DNA of 24,153 nucleotides from Candidatus Aenigmatarchaeota archaeon (GCA_039000165.1 JAWBTW010000011.1:1-24153), one strand, 5' to 3'; shown: positions 1 through 9,023, numbered from the stretch's first letter. The notes: generated from the sequence alone by a model not told the origin. Numbers and translations are program-made.

Positions 1-1
1 T

Positions 2-2686
2 AAATTAACTGCAATAGAGAAAAAATGGCAAAAAGTTTGGGAAAAAGAAAAAATTTTTGAAGCTAATGTAGATAAACAAAAACCAAAGTTTTTTGTAACT
101 TTTCCTTATCCCTACGTGAACGGAGCACCTCACGTTGGGGCAGCTTTTACTGCTTTTAGGGTAGATTCTTACGCTAGATTCAAAAGAATGCAAGGTTTTA
201 ACGTTTTGTATCCTCAAGGTTTTCATGCTACTGGTGAACCCATACTTGGAGCAATAGAAAGATTAAAACAAAAAGATAAAACACAGGAAGAGACTTTCAA
301 GCTTTACGGAGCAACAAAAAAGGATATAGAAAATTTTATCAAGAAAGGGGCTGAATTTACTGCAAGATTCTGGATGAAAAGATGGATAGAAGATTTAAAA
401 CTTGCTGGCTTTTCCATCGATTGGAGAAGAAGTTTTATAACTGCTGTAACTCCAACTTATTCTCGCTTTATCGAATGGCAGTACAACACTTTAAGAAAAA
501 AGGGTTATGTAGTTCAAGGCACGCATCCTGTGATTTATTGCCCTAATTGTCAAAGTCCAACAGGAGATCATGATAGGTTAGAAGGTGAAGGTGAAAGCCC
601 AATAGAGTTTGTTTTGATAAAGTTTAAGCTTGATTCTGGGGAAATATTGCCTTGTGGTACTTTAAGACCAGAAACAGTTTTTGGAGTAACGAACATTTGG
701 GTTAACCCAAGTATAGAATACGTAAGAGCAAAAGTTGATTCTGAAGTTTGGATAATAAGTAAAGAAGCAAACGAAAAATTAAAGGATCAACTTAAAAAAG
801 TTGAAATTTTAGGAAAGGTAAAAGGCGAAGAATTAATAGGAAAATATGTTGAGAACCCAAAAACAAAAGAGAAAATAATAATTCTGCCAGCAGAATTTGT
901 TGACCCTGATGCTGCTTCAGGAGTAGTTATGTCTGTTCCTTCTCATGCTCCATATGACTGGATTGCTTTGTTTGAGCTACAAAAAAACCCTGAAAAAATC
1001 AAAAAGTATGGGATAGAGGAAGAGGTAAAGAAAATAAAGCCAGTTTCTATAATAAAAACTCCTGGCTTTGGCGAGCATCCAGCAATAGAAGTTTGTAACA
1101 ATTTGAAAATAGAAAGTCAGAAAGAAAAAGAAAAGCTTGATGAAGCAACAAGCATAGTTTACAAAAAAGAATTTCACCAAGGAGTTTTGAAAGAAAACTG
1201 TCAAGAATATTCTGGCTTAAAAGTTTCTGATTGCAAAGAAAGACTTTCAAAAGAGTTTATAGAAAAAGGAATCGCAGATATAATGTGGGAATCTACAGGA
1301 AAAGTTGTTTGTAGGTGTGGAACAAAGAATTATGTAAAAATTTTAGAAAACCAATGGTTCCTTAAATATTCAGATTTAGAGTGGAAGAAAAAAGCCTTAG
1401 AGTGTATAAGAAAAATGAAGTTTTATCCAGAAGAAGTTAGAACGCAATTTGAAAAAACTGTTGAATGGCTTAAGGATAAAGCATGCACAAGAAAAGCAGG
1501 TTTAGGAACAAACTTACCTTGGGATAAAGAATGGAAGGTTGAAACCCTTTCAGACAGCACAATCTACATGGCCTATTATACTATAGCAAGAATAATAAAC
1601 GAAAAAAATATTCCTGCTGAAAAGCTTACTGATGAAGTTTTTGACTATGTTTTCTTGGGAAAAGGAAGTTTAGAAGAAATAAGCAAAAAATCAAAGCTTG
1701 ATAAAAAAATCATACAAGAAATGAGGGAAGAGTTTGAGTATTTTTACCCAGTTGACTTAAGAAATTCAGGAAAAGACTTGGTTCCAAACCATTTAACATT
1801 TTACATTTTCCATCATGTTGCAATTTTTGAAGAAAAGCATTGGCCAAAAGCTATAGGAGTTAATGGGTACGTAAACGTTTTCGGGACAAAGATGAGCAAG
1901 TCAAAAGGAAACATAATTCCTTTAAGAAACTTGGTTGAAAAAATTGGTTCAGACTTGGTGAGAATAAACCTCATTGCTTCAAACGAAGGCCTTAACGATG
2001 CTGAATGGAGAGATGAACCCTTAGAAAGCTATAAGGTAAGAATAAAATTCTTAGAAGAAATTGTAAAAAATGTAAAGAAGGCAAAAAGAAAAGAAAGGAA
2101 AAAAGTGGATCTTTTCTTGAGAAGCAAAGTTCAAGAGCACATAAAAAATTCCACTCAAGCTTATGAGGAAATGAGGTTTAGGAGTGCGGTACAGCATGCT
2201 TTCTTCGATTTTATTAACGATTTAAAATGGTACTTGGAAAGAAACGGAAAAATAGAAAATTGTAACAGAGAAATTTTGATGGAAGCTTTAGAGAGTATTG
2301 TTAAGCTCCTGGCTCCTGTTTTACCTCATTTGTGCGAGGAATTCTGGCACAAGCTTGGTAAAAAAACCCTAATCGTAAAAGAGAAATGGCCAAGTTATGA
2401 AGAGAATAAAGTAGACAAAAAAGCCTTAGAGTTAGAGGAAATCTTGAAGAAAACAATAGAAGATTTAAAAGAAGTTATAAAACTTGCAGGAAAAAAAGAG
2501 AATTGCTATTTATACTTAGCTTCTCCCCAGGAATATGAATACTTTAAGGAAGCTGAAGAATTTATCACAAGGCACTTTGGTTTTAAGAAAACATTTGTTT
2601 TTAGAGCTTCTGACGAGAAAAGGTTTGATCCAGAAAACAAAGCAAGCAGAGCAAAGTACGGAAAACCAGGAATTTACCTTGCTTAA
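2..2686 (+). CDS. leuS: Leucyl-tRNA synthetase, archaeal type (5' end just outside the window)
   Basis: Frame is open from position 2 (KLTAIEKKWQKVW...TFPYPYVNGAPHVG). HIGH-like HVGA, CP1 editing motifs TLRPET and GVVMSVPSHAPYD, SDSTIY, GKDLVPNHL, KMSKS, C-terminal KPGIYL. The track start at 116 is an internal GTG. Confidence 0.97.
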   Translation, partial: KLTAIEKKWQKVWEKEKIFEANVDKQKPKFFVTFPYPYVNGAPHVGAAFTAFRVDSYARFKRMQGFNVLYPQGFHATGEPILGAIERLKQKDKTQEETFKLYGATKKDIENFIKKGAEFTARFWMKRWIEDLKLAGFSIDWRRSFITAVTPTYSRFIEWQYNTLRKKGYVVQGTHPVIYCPNCQSPTGDHDRLEGEGESPIEFVLIKFKLDSGEILPCGTLRPETVFGVTNIWVNPSIEYVRAKVDSEVWIISKEANEKLKDQLKKVEILGKVKGEELIGKYVENPKTKEKIIILPAEFVDPDAASGVVMSVPSHAPYDWIALFELQKNPEKIKKYGIEEEVKKIKPVSIIKTPGFGEHPAIEVCNNLKIESQKEKEKLDEATSIVYKKEFHQGVLKENCQEYSGLKVSDCKERLSKEFIEKGIADIMWESTGKVVCRCGTKNYVKILENQWFLKYSDLEWKKKALECIRKMKFYPEEVRTQFEKTVEWLKDKACTRKAGLGTNLPWDKEWKVETLSDSTIYMAYYTIARIINEKNIPAEKLTDEVFDYVFLGKGSLEEISKKSKLDKKIIQEMREEFEYFYPVDLRNSGKDLVPNHLTFYIFHHVAIFEEKHWPKAIGVNGYVNVFGTKMSKSKGNIIPLRNLVEKIGSDLVRINLIASNEGLNDAEWRDEPLESYKVRIKFLEEIVKNVKKAKRKERKKVDLFLRSKVQEHIKNSTQAYEEMRFRSAVQHAFFDFINDLKWYLERNGKIENCNREILMEALESIVKLLAPVLPHLCEEFWHKLGKKTLIVKEKWPSYEENKVDKKALELEEILKKTIEDLKEVIKLAGKKENCYLYLASPQEYEYFKEAEEFITRHFGFKKTFVFRASDEKRFDPENKASRAKYGKPGIYLA

Positions 2687-2687
2687 G

Positions 2688-3473
2688 TTATAAAGCTAAA
2701 GAAATTGTTTCTATAAAAGCTGCGATTCCAAGGATTACGATAGAAATTAAAAGAAGTTTTAAGCTGTCAAAAACTATTAACCAAAAGTTTTTAGATTTTC
2801 TTCTTGTGATTGCGACAGAAATTAGTCCGCCAGCTATCGCTCCTATGAAAAAGGCTAAAAATTCTAAGCTACCGTGAGGAAGAAACGGCAAAGCAGCTAC
2901 TGGCAAAGCTTTTACTCCACCAATACTTTTTGCTAAAGAGCCAATGGCTGCAGCTAAAACAGAAGCATTCCAGGAAATTATGAATATAGCACCTGCACCA
3001 AAAAGGAAAGAAAGCAAGAAAGATAAAAACATTACTCCTACATTATTGAAAAATATTGCTTGGAAGGTGTCAGCAAAGGTTGCTTTTCCTCTTATCGCGT
3101 TTATTGTGTCTATTTGATCTTTAAAAAGTTTGTAGCTTGTTTCTTCTGGAAGGAGAACATAAGTTAAAGATAAAGCAATGACTACGCCTGCACAAAAAGC
3201 TGCATAAACTTTTAGTATGTCAGCATGTCTTTTTAGAAGAGAAGTATCTTTTTCTATTACTTCTTCCTCTTTAGCTTCATGGTATCTTATTAAGTTAAGC
3301 ATGAAAGGAAGGGAAGCTATAGTAATCAAAAGGTTTGTCATTAAGCCAATTGAAGATTCAAAAATTATGGAAGCGATAAAGAGACATGCTAACGAAATTA
3401 TTGCCCCATAGATTATCATTACCAAAGGGTTTCTCAAGGCAAGTTTTAAGGGTACAAGCTTTTCAAGAACCAT
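2688..3473 (-). CDS. SpoIIM/DUF95-like integral membrane protein
   Basis: Multi-TM protein with IFFNN, WNASVL, LPHGSLE and AAFIE motifs typical of the family. Start moved to ATG 3473 (MVLEKL) because the longer track ORF runs through the promoter and repeat region. Confidence 0.8.
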   Translation of the reverse strand: MVLEKLVPLKLALRNPLVMIIYGAIISLACLFIASIIFESSIGLMTNLLITIASLPFMLNLIRYHEAKEEEVIEKDTSLLKRHADILKVYAAFCAGVVIALSLTYVLLPEETSYKLFKDQIDTINAIRGKATFADTFQAIFFNNVGVMFLSFLLSFLFGAGAIFIISWNASVLAAAIGSLAKSIGGVKALPVAALPFLPHGSLEFLAFFIGAIAGGLISVAITRRKSKNFWLIVFDSLKLLLISIVILGIAAFIETISLAL

Positions 3474-3482
3474 AATCTCTAA

Positions 3483-3515
3483 ATTTAAATAGGTTAGAAG
3501 AAAATAAATTTCTTG
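3483..3515. repeat. 33-bp direct repeat, left copy (ATTTAAATAGGTTAGAAGAAAATAAATTTCTTG)
   Basis: Identical to 4523-4555, 1040 bp away. The two copies bracket the MNT-HEPN pair. Confidence 0.97.
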
Positions 3516-3536
3516 ACTTATCTTTTTAAATGTTAG

Positions 3537-3562
3537 ATTTATATAACAATTGTTATATAAAT
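3537..3562. promoter_or_regulatory. Perfect 26-bp palindrome overlapping the TATA box of the MNT-HEPN operon; probable operator
   Basis: ATTTATATAACAA|TTGTTATATAAAT is its own reverse complement and contains TTTATATA (3538-3545) about 30 nt before ATG 3570. Confidence 0.75.
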
Positions 3563-3569
3563 AATACAT

Positions 3570-4103
3570 ATGTTAGAAAAATATGACACTTGGAAAGTAT
3601 TAGAATTGTTCTTCAAAAAACCTACCTATCCCTTTCACCTAAGAGAAATTTGTAGAATACTTAAGTGGAGTCCTACAAAAGTCAGAGACAACTTAAATTT
3701 TCTTAAAAAAAGAAATTTGATAGTAGAACAAAAAGAGAAAAATCTTTCTATTTTCAAATCTAACAGAGAAAACAAAGAATTCAAAATCTATAAGATTATT
3801 TACAACCTAATTAAAGCAGAAGAAATAGGTGAAATGATAGAAAATAGCTTAGAAGATTTTGAAGCCATCGTGTTTTTTGGTTCAGCTCTAAGAGGAGAGG
3901 ATATAGAAAATAGTGATTTGGACTTTTGTGTAATAGGATCCAAAGAAGTTGAAATCCGACTAGAAAAAATGGAAGAAGCATTAAACAGGAAGATTTCTTT
4001 AATCTTCCTAGAGAATTTAGAAAAATTGAAAAAAGAAAACAAAGAATTGTTAAATAATTTAATTAACGGTTTTGTCGTTAAGGGTTACTTGAAGGTTTTT
4101 TGA
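3570..4103 (+). CDS. wHTH-fused minimal nucleotidyltransferase (MNT/MntA-like antitoxin)
   Basis: N-terminal HTH (HLREICRILKWSPTKVRDNL) and Pol-beta motif FFGSALRGEDIENSDLDF (GS-x10-DxD). TGATG overlap with the HEPN gene. Confidence 0.9.
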   Translation: MLEKYDTWKVLELFFKKPTYPFHLREICRILKWSPTKVRDNLNFLKKRNLIVEQKEKNLSIFKSNRENKEFKIYKIIYNLIKAEEIGEMIENSLEDFEAIVFFGSALRGEDIENSDLDFCVIGSKEVEIRLEKMEEALNRKISLIFLENLEKLKKENKELLNNLINGFVVKGYLKVF

Positions 4104-4528
4104 TGAAATGGGAAGAGTGTGTAAAGTTGAAAATGGTCGAAAAGAGAACAAAAGATATAGAACTAGCAAAATCACTTTTGAAAATAGCAAAGGAAAGGTT
4201 TAACTTTTTTTCTTCAAAACCATTTTCAATATTTGTTTTAGAGGGAATTTACGAGTCTATAATGGAGTTATGTCATGCTATTTTAGCTTTAGAAGGATTT
4301 AAAACACTTTCACACGAATGTGCGATTGAATTTTTAAGAGGTAAATACATAGACGATTATGAAGCAGAAATTCTACATAAATTAAGAAAGAAAAGGCATG
4401 GGATTAAATACTATGGCAAAATCATTAGCGAAGAAACAATAAAAGCAAACTTAGAAAAAGGTAAGAGTTTATTCTTAAAATTGAAATTAAGAGTAGAAAA
4501 AGCAATCAAAAAGCAAGAGCAGATTTAA
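4103..4528 (+). CDS. HEPN-domain protein (toxin partner of MNT)
   Basis: About 141 aa, helical, with Y..(I)..L..A.L...G, SHE and LRKKRHGIKYYG signatures; coupled to the MNT gene. ATG 4103 preferred over TTG 4100. Confidence 0.85.
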   Translation: MKWEECVKLKMVEKRTKDIELAKSLLKIAKERFNFFSSKPFSIFVLEGIYESIMELCHAILALEGFKTLSHECAIEFLRGKYIDDYEAEILHKLRKKRHGIKYYGKIISEETIKANLEKGKSLFLKLKLRVEKAIKKQEQI

Positions 4529-4555
4529 ATAGGTTAGAAGAAAATAAATTTCTTG
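4523..4555. repeat. 33-bp direct repeat, right copy
   Basis: Identical to 3483-3515. It supplies the HEPN stop codon, a TTTAAATA TATA-like box and the first base of the next GTG start. Confidence 0.97.
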
Positions 4556-5001
4556 TGAAGATAAAAATAAACACAGCAACCATGATTAGCCTAGTACTCA
4601 TTTTCTTAATGCTAGGCTCAAGCATAATAGTAGGAATCGAAAGGTTTTTAAGCCCAACTGCTTCTACAATAAAACTTCCTGAAAAGAATATAATAGATTA
4701 TGAGCTTGGAATAAACGAAGAAAAATATCTTCTGGAAAGAGGAGTAACGATAGTTAAAGCTTATTTTCCAAGAAATTGTTTAGATTGTTTGGAAATAAAA
4801 AATTACTTGGAAAGTTTTGTTAATCAAAATTCGAATCAGATTATAATGCAAGAGCTAGACTCCAACTCAACAAAAATAATAATTAGAAGCTATAGAGGGC
4901 AAAATGTTTTAGAGAATACTACTCAAGAAGAAATTTTTGAATCTTTTTGCGAGCTAATGCTTCAGCCTCCTGCTAACTGTGTTTTGAAAGGTTTAACATG
5001 A
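4555..5001 (+). CDS. Hypothetical membrane-anchored protein, possibly thioredoxin-like
   Basis: N-terminal hydrophobic helix, CLDC motif after a beta-like segment, C-terminal C-x8-C. ATGA overlap with the next gene. Confidence 0.65.
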   Translation: MKIKINTATMISLVLIFLMLGSSIIVGIERFLSPTASTIKLPEKNIIDYELGINEEKYLLERGVTIVKAYFPRNCLDCLEIKNYLESFVNQNSNQIIMQELDSNSTKIIIRSYRGQNVLENTTQEEIFESFCELMLQPPANCVLKGLT

Positions 5002-5585
5002 AAGTTGTTGGAATAGATTTAGCAGGAAGTGAAAAAAGGGAAACAGGTTTTTGCATTCTAGACGAAAGCCTTAAAGCAGAAACTTCGATTCTTTTCACGG
5101 ATAAGGAAATAATAGAAGAAATTGAAAAGGTTAAGCCAAGAGTAGTAAGCATAGATGCTCCTCTTGCTTTACCAAAAGGGAGACCAAGCCTTTCAAAAAA
5201 GTATAAGAATTATCCTCATTTAAGAGAGTGCGATAAGGAATTGCTAAAAATGGGAATAAAATTTTTCCCTATAACTCTTGGGCCTATGAGAAAGCTAACA
5301 GAAAGAGGAATTAGATTGAAAAAAATTCTTGAAAAAAAAGGTTTTGAAGTTATAGAAACTTTCCCTGGAGCAGCTCAAGACTTGCTAAAAATTCCAAGAA
5401 GAAAGGAAAAAGAAAAATTGAGAAAAGGTTTGATAAAACTTGGAATAAAAGGAATAAAGAAAAATGTAAGTGAGCATGAATTAGATGCTATAACTTGTGC
5501 TTTGGTAGGAAAACTTTACCTTGAAGGAAATTATTTAGCTATAGGTGATAAGGAAGAAGTTTTGATGATTCTTCCAAAAGTTTAA
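4998..5585 (+). CDS. DUF429-family predicted nuclease (RNase H-like fold)
   Basis: VVGIDLAG, IDAPL, LRECD, IETFP and HELDAITCALVG motifs. Confidence 0.85.
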   Translation: MKVVGIDLAGSEKRETGFCILDESLKAETSILFTDKEIIEEIEKVKPRVVSIDAPLALPKGRPSLSKKYKNYPHLRECDKELLKMGIKFFPITLGPMRKLTERGIRLKKILEKKGFEVIETFPGAAQDLLKIPRRKEKEKLRKGLIKLGIKGIKKNVSEHELDAITCALVGKLYLEGNYLAIGDKEEVLMILPKV

Positions 5586-5587
5586 AT

Positions 5588-7360
5588 TTATTCCAGAATC
5601 GCTTTTATCCTTCTTATCCCAGCAGCAACCCCTTCTTCCTTTATTATCTTAAACTTTCCTAACTCTTTTGTGTTTTTTACATGCGGCCCTCCACAAATTT
5701 CAACCGAAAAATCACCTATAAAATAGACAGAAACCTTTTCCCCATACTTATGCTCAAAAACTGCTTGCGCACCTCTTTTCTTTGCTTCTTCTACAGTCAT
5801 CTCTTCCCTCCAAACAGGCAGACCTTTTCTTATTTGTTCATTAACCAAATCTTCAATCTTTTTAATTTCTTCTTCAGTTAATTTCCTTTCAAAGTTGAAG
5901 TCAAACCTTAATCTTTCAGGAGTGATGTTTGAACCTTTTTGAACTATATCCTTTCTTTTCAAGACTCTTCTTAAAGCTTCGTTTAGCAAATGAGTTGCTG
6001 TATGAAGCTTGATAGTTTGTTCAGAAGCATCTATTAGTCCGCCTTTAAACTTTTTCTCAGCTCCTTTCCTTGAAATTTCTTTATGTTTTTCGTATTCTTT
6101 CCAAAATCCTTCCTCGTCAACCTCTATTCCTTTTTCTTTTGCGAGCTCTTTTGTCATCTCGAAAGGAAATCCAAAGCTTTGGAATAAGAGAAAAGCATCT
6201 TTTCCACTTATCATTTTTTCCTTTGCCATTTCCTCAAATTTTTTCAAACCTTTTGAAAGAGTATTCCTAAATTTATTTTCTTCCTTTCCAAGTTCTTCAA
6301 GAATAAAGCCTTCTTTTTCTTGTAAAAGAGGATACCTTTTCTTGTAAATTTCTATAACAACCTTTGCAATCTCACCCAAAAACCCTTTCTCTATTCCTAG
6401 AATCTTTCCATACCTTATAGCTCTTCTTATAAGTCTTCTCAAAATATAGCCTCTGTCAACATTGCTAGGCAGAACAGGGTTTTCGTCACCAAGGATAAAA
6501 GTCGAAGCTCTTAGATGGTCTGTAACAATTCTTATAGAGATTTCCTGCTTTTCGTCTGATTTTTCTATCCCAGCAATTTCCTTTATCTTTTCGTATATCG
6601 GCCTTAAAGTTTCTATTTCATAAACGCTTTTTCTCCCTTGCAAAATAGCAACAGTTCTTTCAACTCCCATTCCTGTATCAACATTCTTTTGTTTCAAAGC
6701 TTCAAATTTTCCTTCTTTTGTTTTGTTGTATTCCATAAAGACATTGTTCCAAAGCTCGAAGTATTTTCCGCAATTGCATCCAGGCCTACAATTTTTACCG
6801 CAAGCCTCTTTTCCACTATCGTAAAAAATTTCTGTACATGGACCACAAGGTCCTGTTGAACCAACAGGTCCCCAGAAATTCTCTTCTCTGGAAAGGAAAA
6901 AAATCCTTTCCCTAGGAATTCCCAAGCTTTGCCATATCCTTGCGCTTTCTTCATCTCTTGGCAAATCTTTATCACCAGCAAAAACTGTAACATAGATTCT
7001 TTCTTTATCTAAACCGAGCCATTTCTTGCTAGTTAAAAACTCTAAGCTCCATTTTATAGATTCCTCCTTGAAATAGTCTCCTAAGGACCAGTTTCCAAGC
7101 ATCTCGAAAAATGTTAGATGAAAAGCGTCACCAACCTTTTCTATATCATCAGTTCTCAAGCATCTTTGAACGTTAACAAGCCTTTTCCCTAAGGGATGGG
7201 GCTGACCTAGAAGATAAGGAATTAAAGGATGCATGCCTGCAGGAGTAAACAAAACAGTGGGGTCATGCTCAGGAACTAGCGAAACGTTAGGAATAACTTT
7301 ATGACCTTTTTCTTCAAAAAATTTTATGTAGAGTTGGATAAGCTTTTCTGAATCTATCAT
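5588..7360 (-). CDS. alaS: Alanyl-tRNA synthetase, short form (aminoacylation plus editing domains, no C-Ala)
   Basis: DPTVLFTPAGM, QRCLRT, HLTFFEMLGNWS, GPCGPCTE, VDTGMGVER; editing motifs HTATH and CGGPH; ends at GIRRIKA. Confidence 0.96.
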   Translation of the reverse strand: MIDSEKLIQLYIKFFEEKGHKVIPNVSLVPEHDPTVLFTPAGMHPLIPYLLGQPHPLGKRLVNVQRCLRTDDIEKVGDAFHLTFFEMLGNWSLGDYFKEESIKWSLEFLTSKKWLGLDKERIYVTVFAGDKDLPRDEESARIWQSLGIPRERIFFLSREENFWGPVGSTGPCGPCTEIFYDSGKEACGKNCRPGCNCGKYFELWNNVFMEYNKTKEGKFEALKQKNVDTGMGVERTVAILQGRKSVYEIETLRPIYEKIKEIAGIEKSDEKQEISIRIVTDHLRASTFILGDENPVLPSNVDRGYILRRLIRRAIRYGKILGIEKGFLGEIAKVVIEIYKKRYPLLQEKEGFILEELGKEENKFRNTLSKGLKKFEEMAKEKMISGKDAFLLFQSFGFPFEMTKELAKEKGIEVDEEGFWKEYEKHKEISRKGAEKKFKGGLIDASEQTIKLHTATHLLNEALRRVLKRKDIVQKGSNITPERLRFDFNFERKLTEEEIKKIEDLVNEQIRKGLPVWREEMTVEEAKKRGAQAVFEHKYGEKVSVYFIGDFSVEICGGPHVKNTKELGKFKIIKEEGVAAGIRRIKAILE

Positions 7361-7396
7361 AATATCACTTTTAAATTTTTACCTTAAAGAATTTAT

Positions 7397-8638
7397 TTAA
7401 ATTCCAAGAAAGGATAAAACTGTATGATTTAAACCTGAAAAATAAAGAATTGAAGGAATAAGCAAACAGCCCATGCAATGTGAGCGTTTAATTTCTAAAA
7501 GAGCACAAAGTAAGCCTATACTAGTTGAAACAAAAGCTATAAGTAGACCAAAAATTCCAGTCATCAAAAAAATTATTGTTGAAATAAAGATTAAAATAAA
7601 AATGCAAAGTTTTCTGTAGTTCAGCTTTTCTAAAAATTTTGGAATTTTTTTGCCTAAAAATAAAGTTAAAGCTGATGCTATTCCTGCTGAAAAACAAACC
7701 GAACCAATAAGGTAAACTATATCATAAAAATTTAGCTCACTTAAAACTCTTTGAACTGCAACGCTGCTCCCGCTTCTCGGGTTTCCTACTAAAAACAAAT
7801 TGACCAAGGAAAAAATTTCATTTCCAACGTTTATTCCAGAAACAGTAATCAAAAAGCTTCTTGCGTCGCTTGCTTTGCCCAAATACTGAACTAGAGTAGC
7901 AGCCTGAGAAACTCCTATTGCTGGAAGTAAGCCTACAATAATTCCAGCGAAACAACCTAAAATTACTGATTTAATTATTTGAAAATTTCCAATTTTCAAT
8001 TTAGAATCTTCTTCTTGCTTCGGGATAAAAGCCCTTTCTGTTAAGCTTAAAATGAGAGTGCTTAAACCAAAAAGTCCTGTTAGAATCGGAAAAAGAACGT
8101 TCTGTTGTGAGACTAAAGAAGAATTAAGAGTTATTATCCCTAAAAAACCTGAAAGGAAGATTATTAGAATTGCATAAAAAATTTTCTTTAATTTTTTCTC
8201 GGAAGCTACCATAAGAATTACAACAAAAGCTATTAAATAATGGACATAAGGCCTAGAAATTTCATAAAGATAAACAAAAGCATTTCCAAAAGCTAAAATA
8301 AAAGCTAGGCTTAAAATTAAAGATAAAATTCCTCCCAAAACGGTAAGTTTAATTGCTTCATACCCTCTTCCTTCTAACAAAAGTCTGTGACCAGGTAAAA
8401 CAGAAAGGCTTGTGTCTTCGTCTGGTGCGCCAAGAAATATCGAAGGAATAAAATTCATGAAAATTTCTGATATGCTTGTTGAAACTATTAACACTGCGAG
8501 AAAGTAAGGATTATGAACAAGAAATGAAAAAGAAAGTATAATCGGAAGTATAAGGTTGACGTGAAAGCCTGGCACCAAACCACAAACTATTCCAAAAGCA
8601 ATTCCAATCAAACAAAAAATTAGAGTCTCAAAAATCAT
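7397..8638 (-). CDS. TctA-like (tripartite tricarboxylate transporter permease family) membrane protein
   Basis: GLVPGFHVN, FIPSIFLGAP, SVLPGH, GRGYEA, GLFG, GLLPAIG and NPRSG motifs with an internal duplication. ATG 8638 preferred over TTG 8647. Confidence 0.85.
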   Translation of the reverse strand: MIFETLIFCLIGIAFGIVCGLVPGFHVNLILPIILSFSFLVHNPYFLAVLIVSTSISEIFMNFIPSIFLGAPDEDTSLSVLPGHRLLLEGRGYEAIKLTVLGGILSLILSLAFILAFGNAFVYLYEISRPYVHYLIAFVVILMVASEKKLKKIFYAILIIFLSGFLGIITLNSSLVSQQNVLFPILTGLFGLSTLILSLTERAFIPKQEEDSKLKIGNFQIIKSVILGCFAGIIVGLLPAIGVSQAATLVQYLGKASDARSFLITVSGINVGNEIFSLVNLFLVGNPRSGSSVAVQRVLSELNFYDIVYLIGSVCFSAGIASALTLFLGKKIPKFLEKLNYRKLCIFILIFISTIIFLMTGIFGLLIAFVSTSIGLLCALLEIKRSHCMGCLLIPSILYFSGLNHTVLSFLGI

Positions 8639-9023
8639 GAAAATCAACTTTTATATCCTCAACTTTCCTTGGAATTATTTGTAGTTCTCCTTTGTATTCG
8701 CCAACAATTCCTGTAAGACTTATAATTTTCCCTTCCTTAAGCTCTTCTTCGCCAATTCTTTCTTTCAACTTTTCCATAAAACTTGAGAAAAGTGGAATTT
8801 GCAACTTTTTCTTTCCGTCGGTAACCGTTAGGAACAAATGGCCTGAAGGATGAGAGTTTGCGTAAATTATTTTTCCGCTCGTTCTCACACTTTTCCCAAC
8901 AAACTCAAAGGTAATTTCGCTTATCTTTACTTCCTGAGGTTGAATGCTTAAAGCAGAAAAGTAGATTAAAATTAAGCCTAAGATAGAGCAAAAAAAGCAG
9001 AGTAAAGTAAAAAAGTTTTCCAT
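8628..9023 (-). CDS. Membrane-anchored OB-fold nucleic-acid-binding protein
   Basis: N-terminal TM followed by an OB pattern (GHLFLTVTDG ... G.VGEYKGELQIIP). Confidence 0.75.
   Translation of the reverse strand: MENFFTLLCFFCSILGLILIYFSALSIQPQEVKISEITFEFVGKSVRTSGKIIYANSHPSGHLFLTVTDGKKKLQIPLFSSFMEKLKERIGEEELKEGKIISLTGIVGEYKGELQIIPRKVEDIKVDFHDF

Larger units (their letters stand above)
3483..4555. mobile_element. Putative inserted TA cassette (MNT-HEPN) bounded by direct repeats; no recombinase encoded
   Basis: Perfect 33-bp flanking duplication. Removing 1040 bp regenerates a compact 41-bp divergent intergenic region between the 3473(-) and 4555(+) starts. Confidence 0.65.

Noticed and set aside
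3474..3569. N-terminal extension of the SpoIIM-like ORF given in the track
   Set aside because: It runs through the direct repeat, palindrome and TA promoter. ATG 3473 gives a normal protein.
3516..4522. IS or MITE with terminal inverted repeats
   Set aside because: No convincing TIRs at the cassette ends and no transposase.
7768..7778. Short match (TCCCGCTTCT) to the tRNA-His 3' half, a possible att site
   Set aside because: Only about 10 bp, inside the conserved NPRSG codons of the TctA-like gene, and no integrase is nearby.
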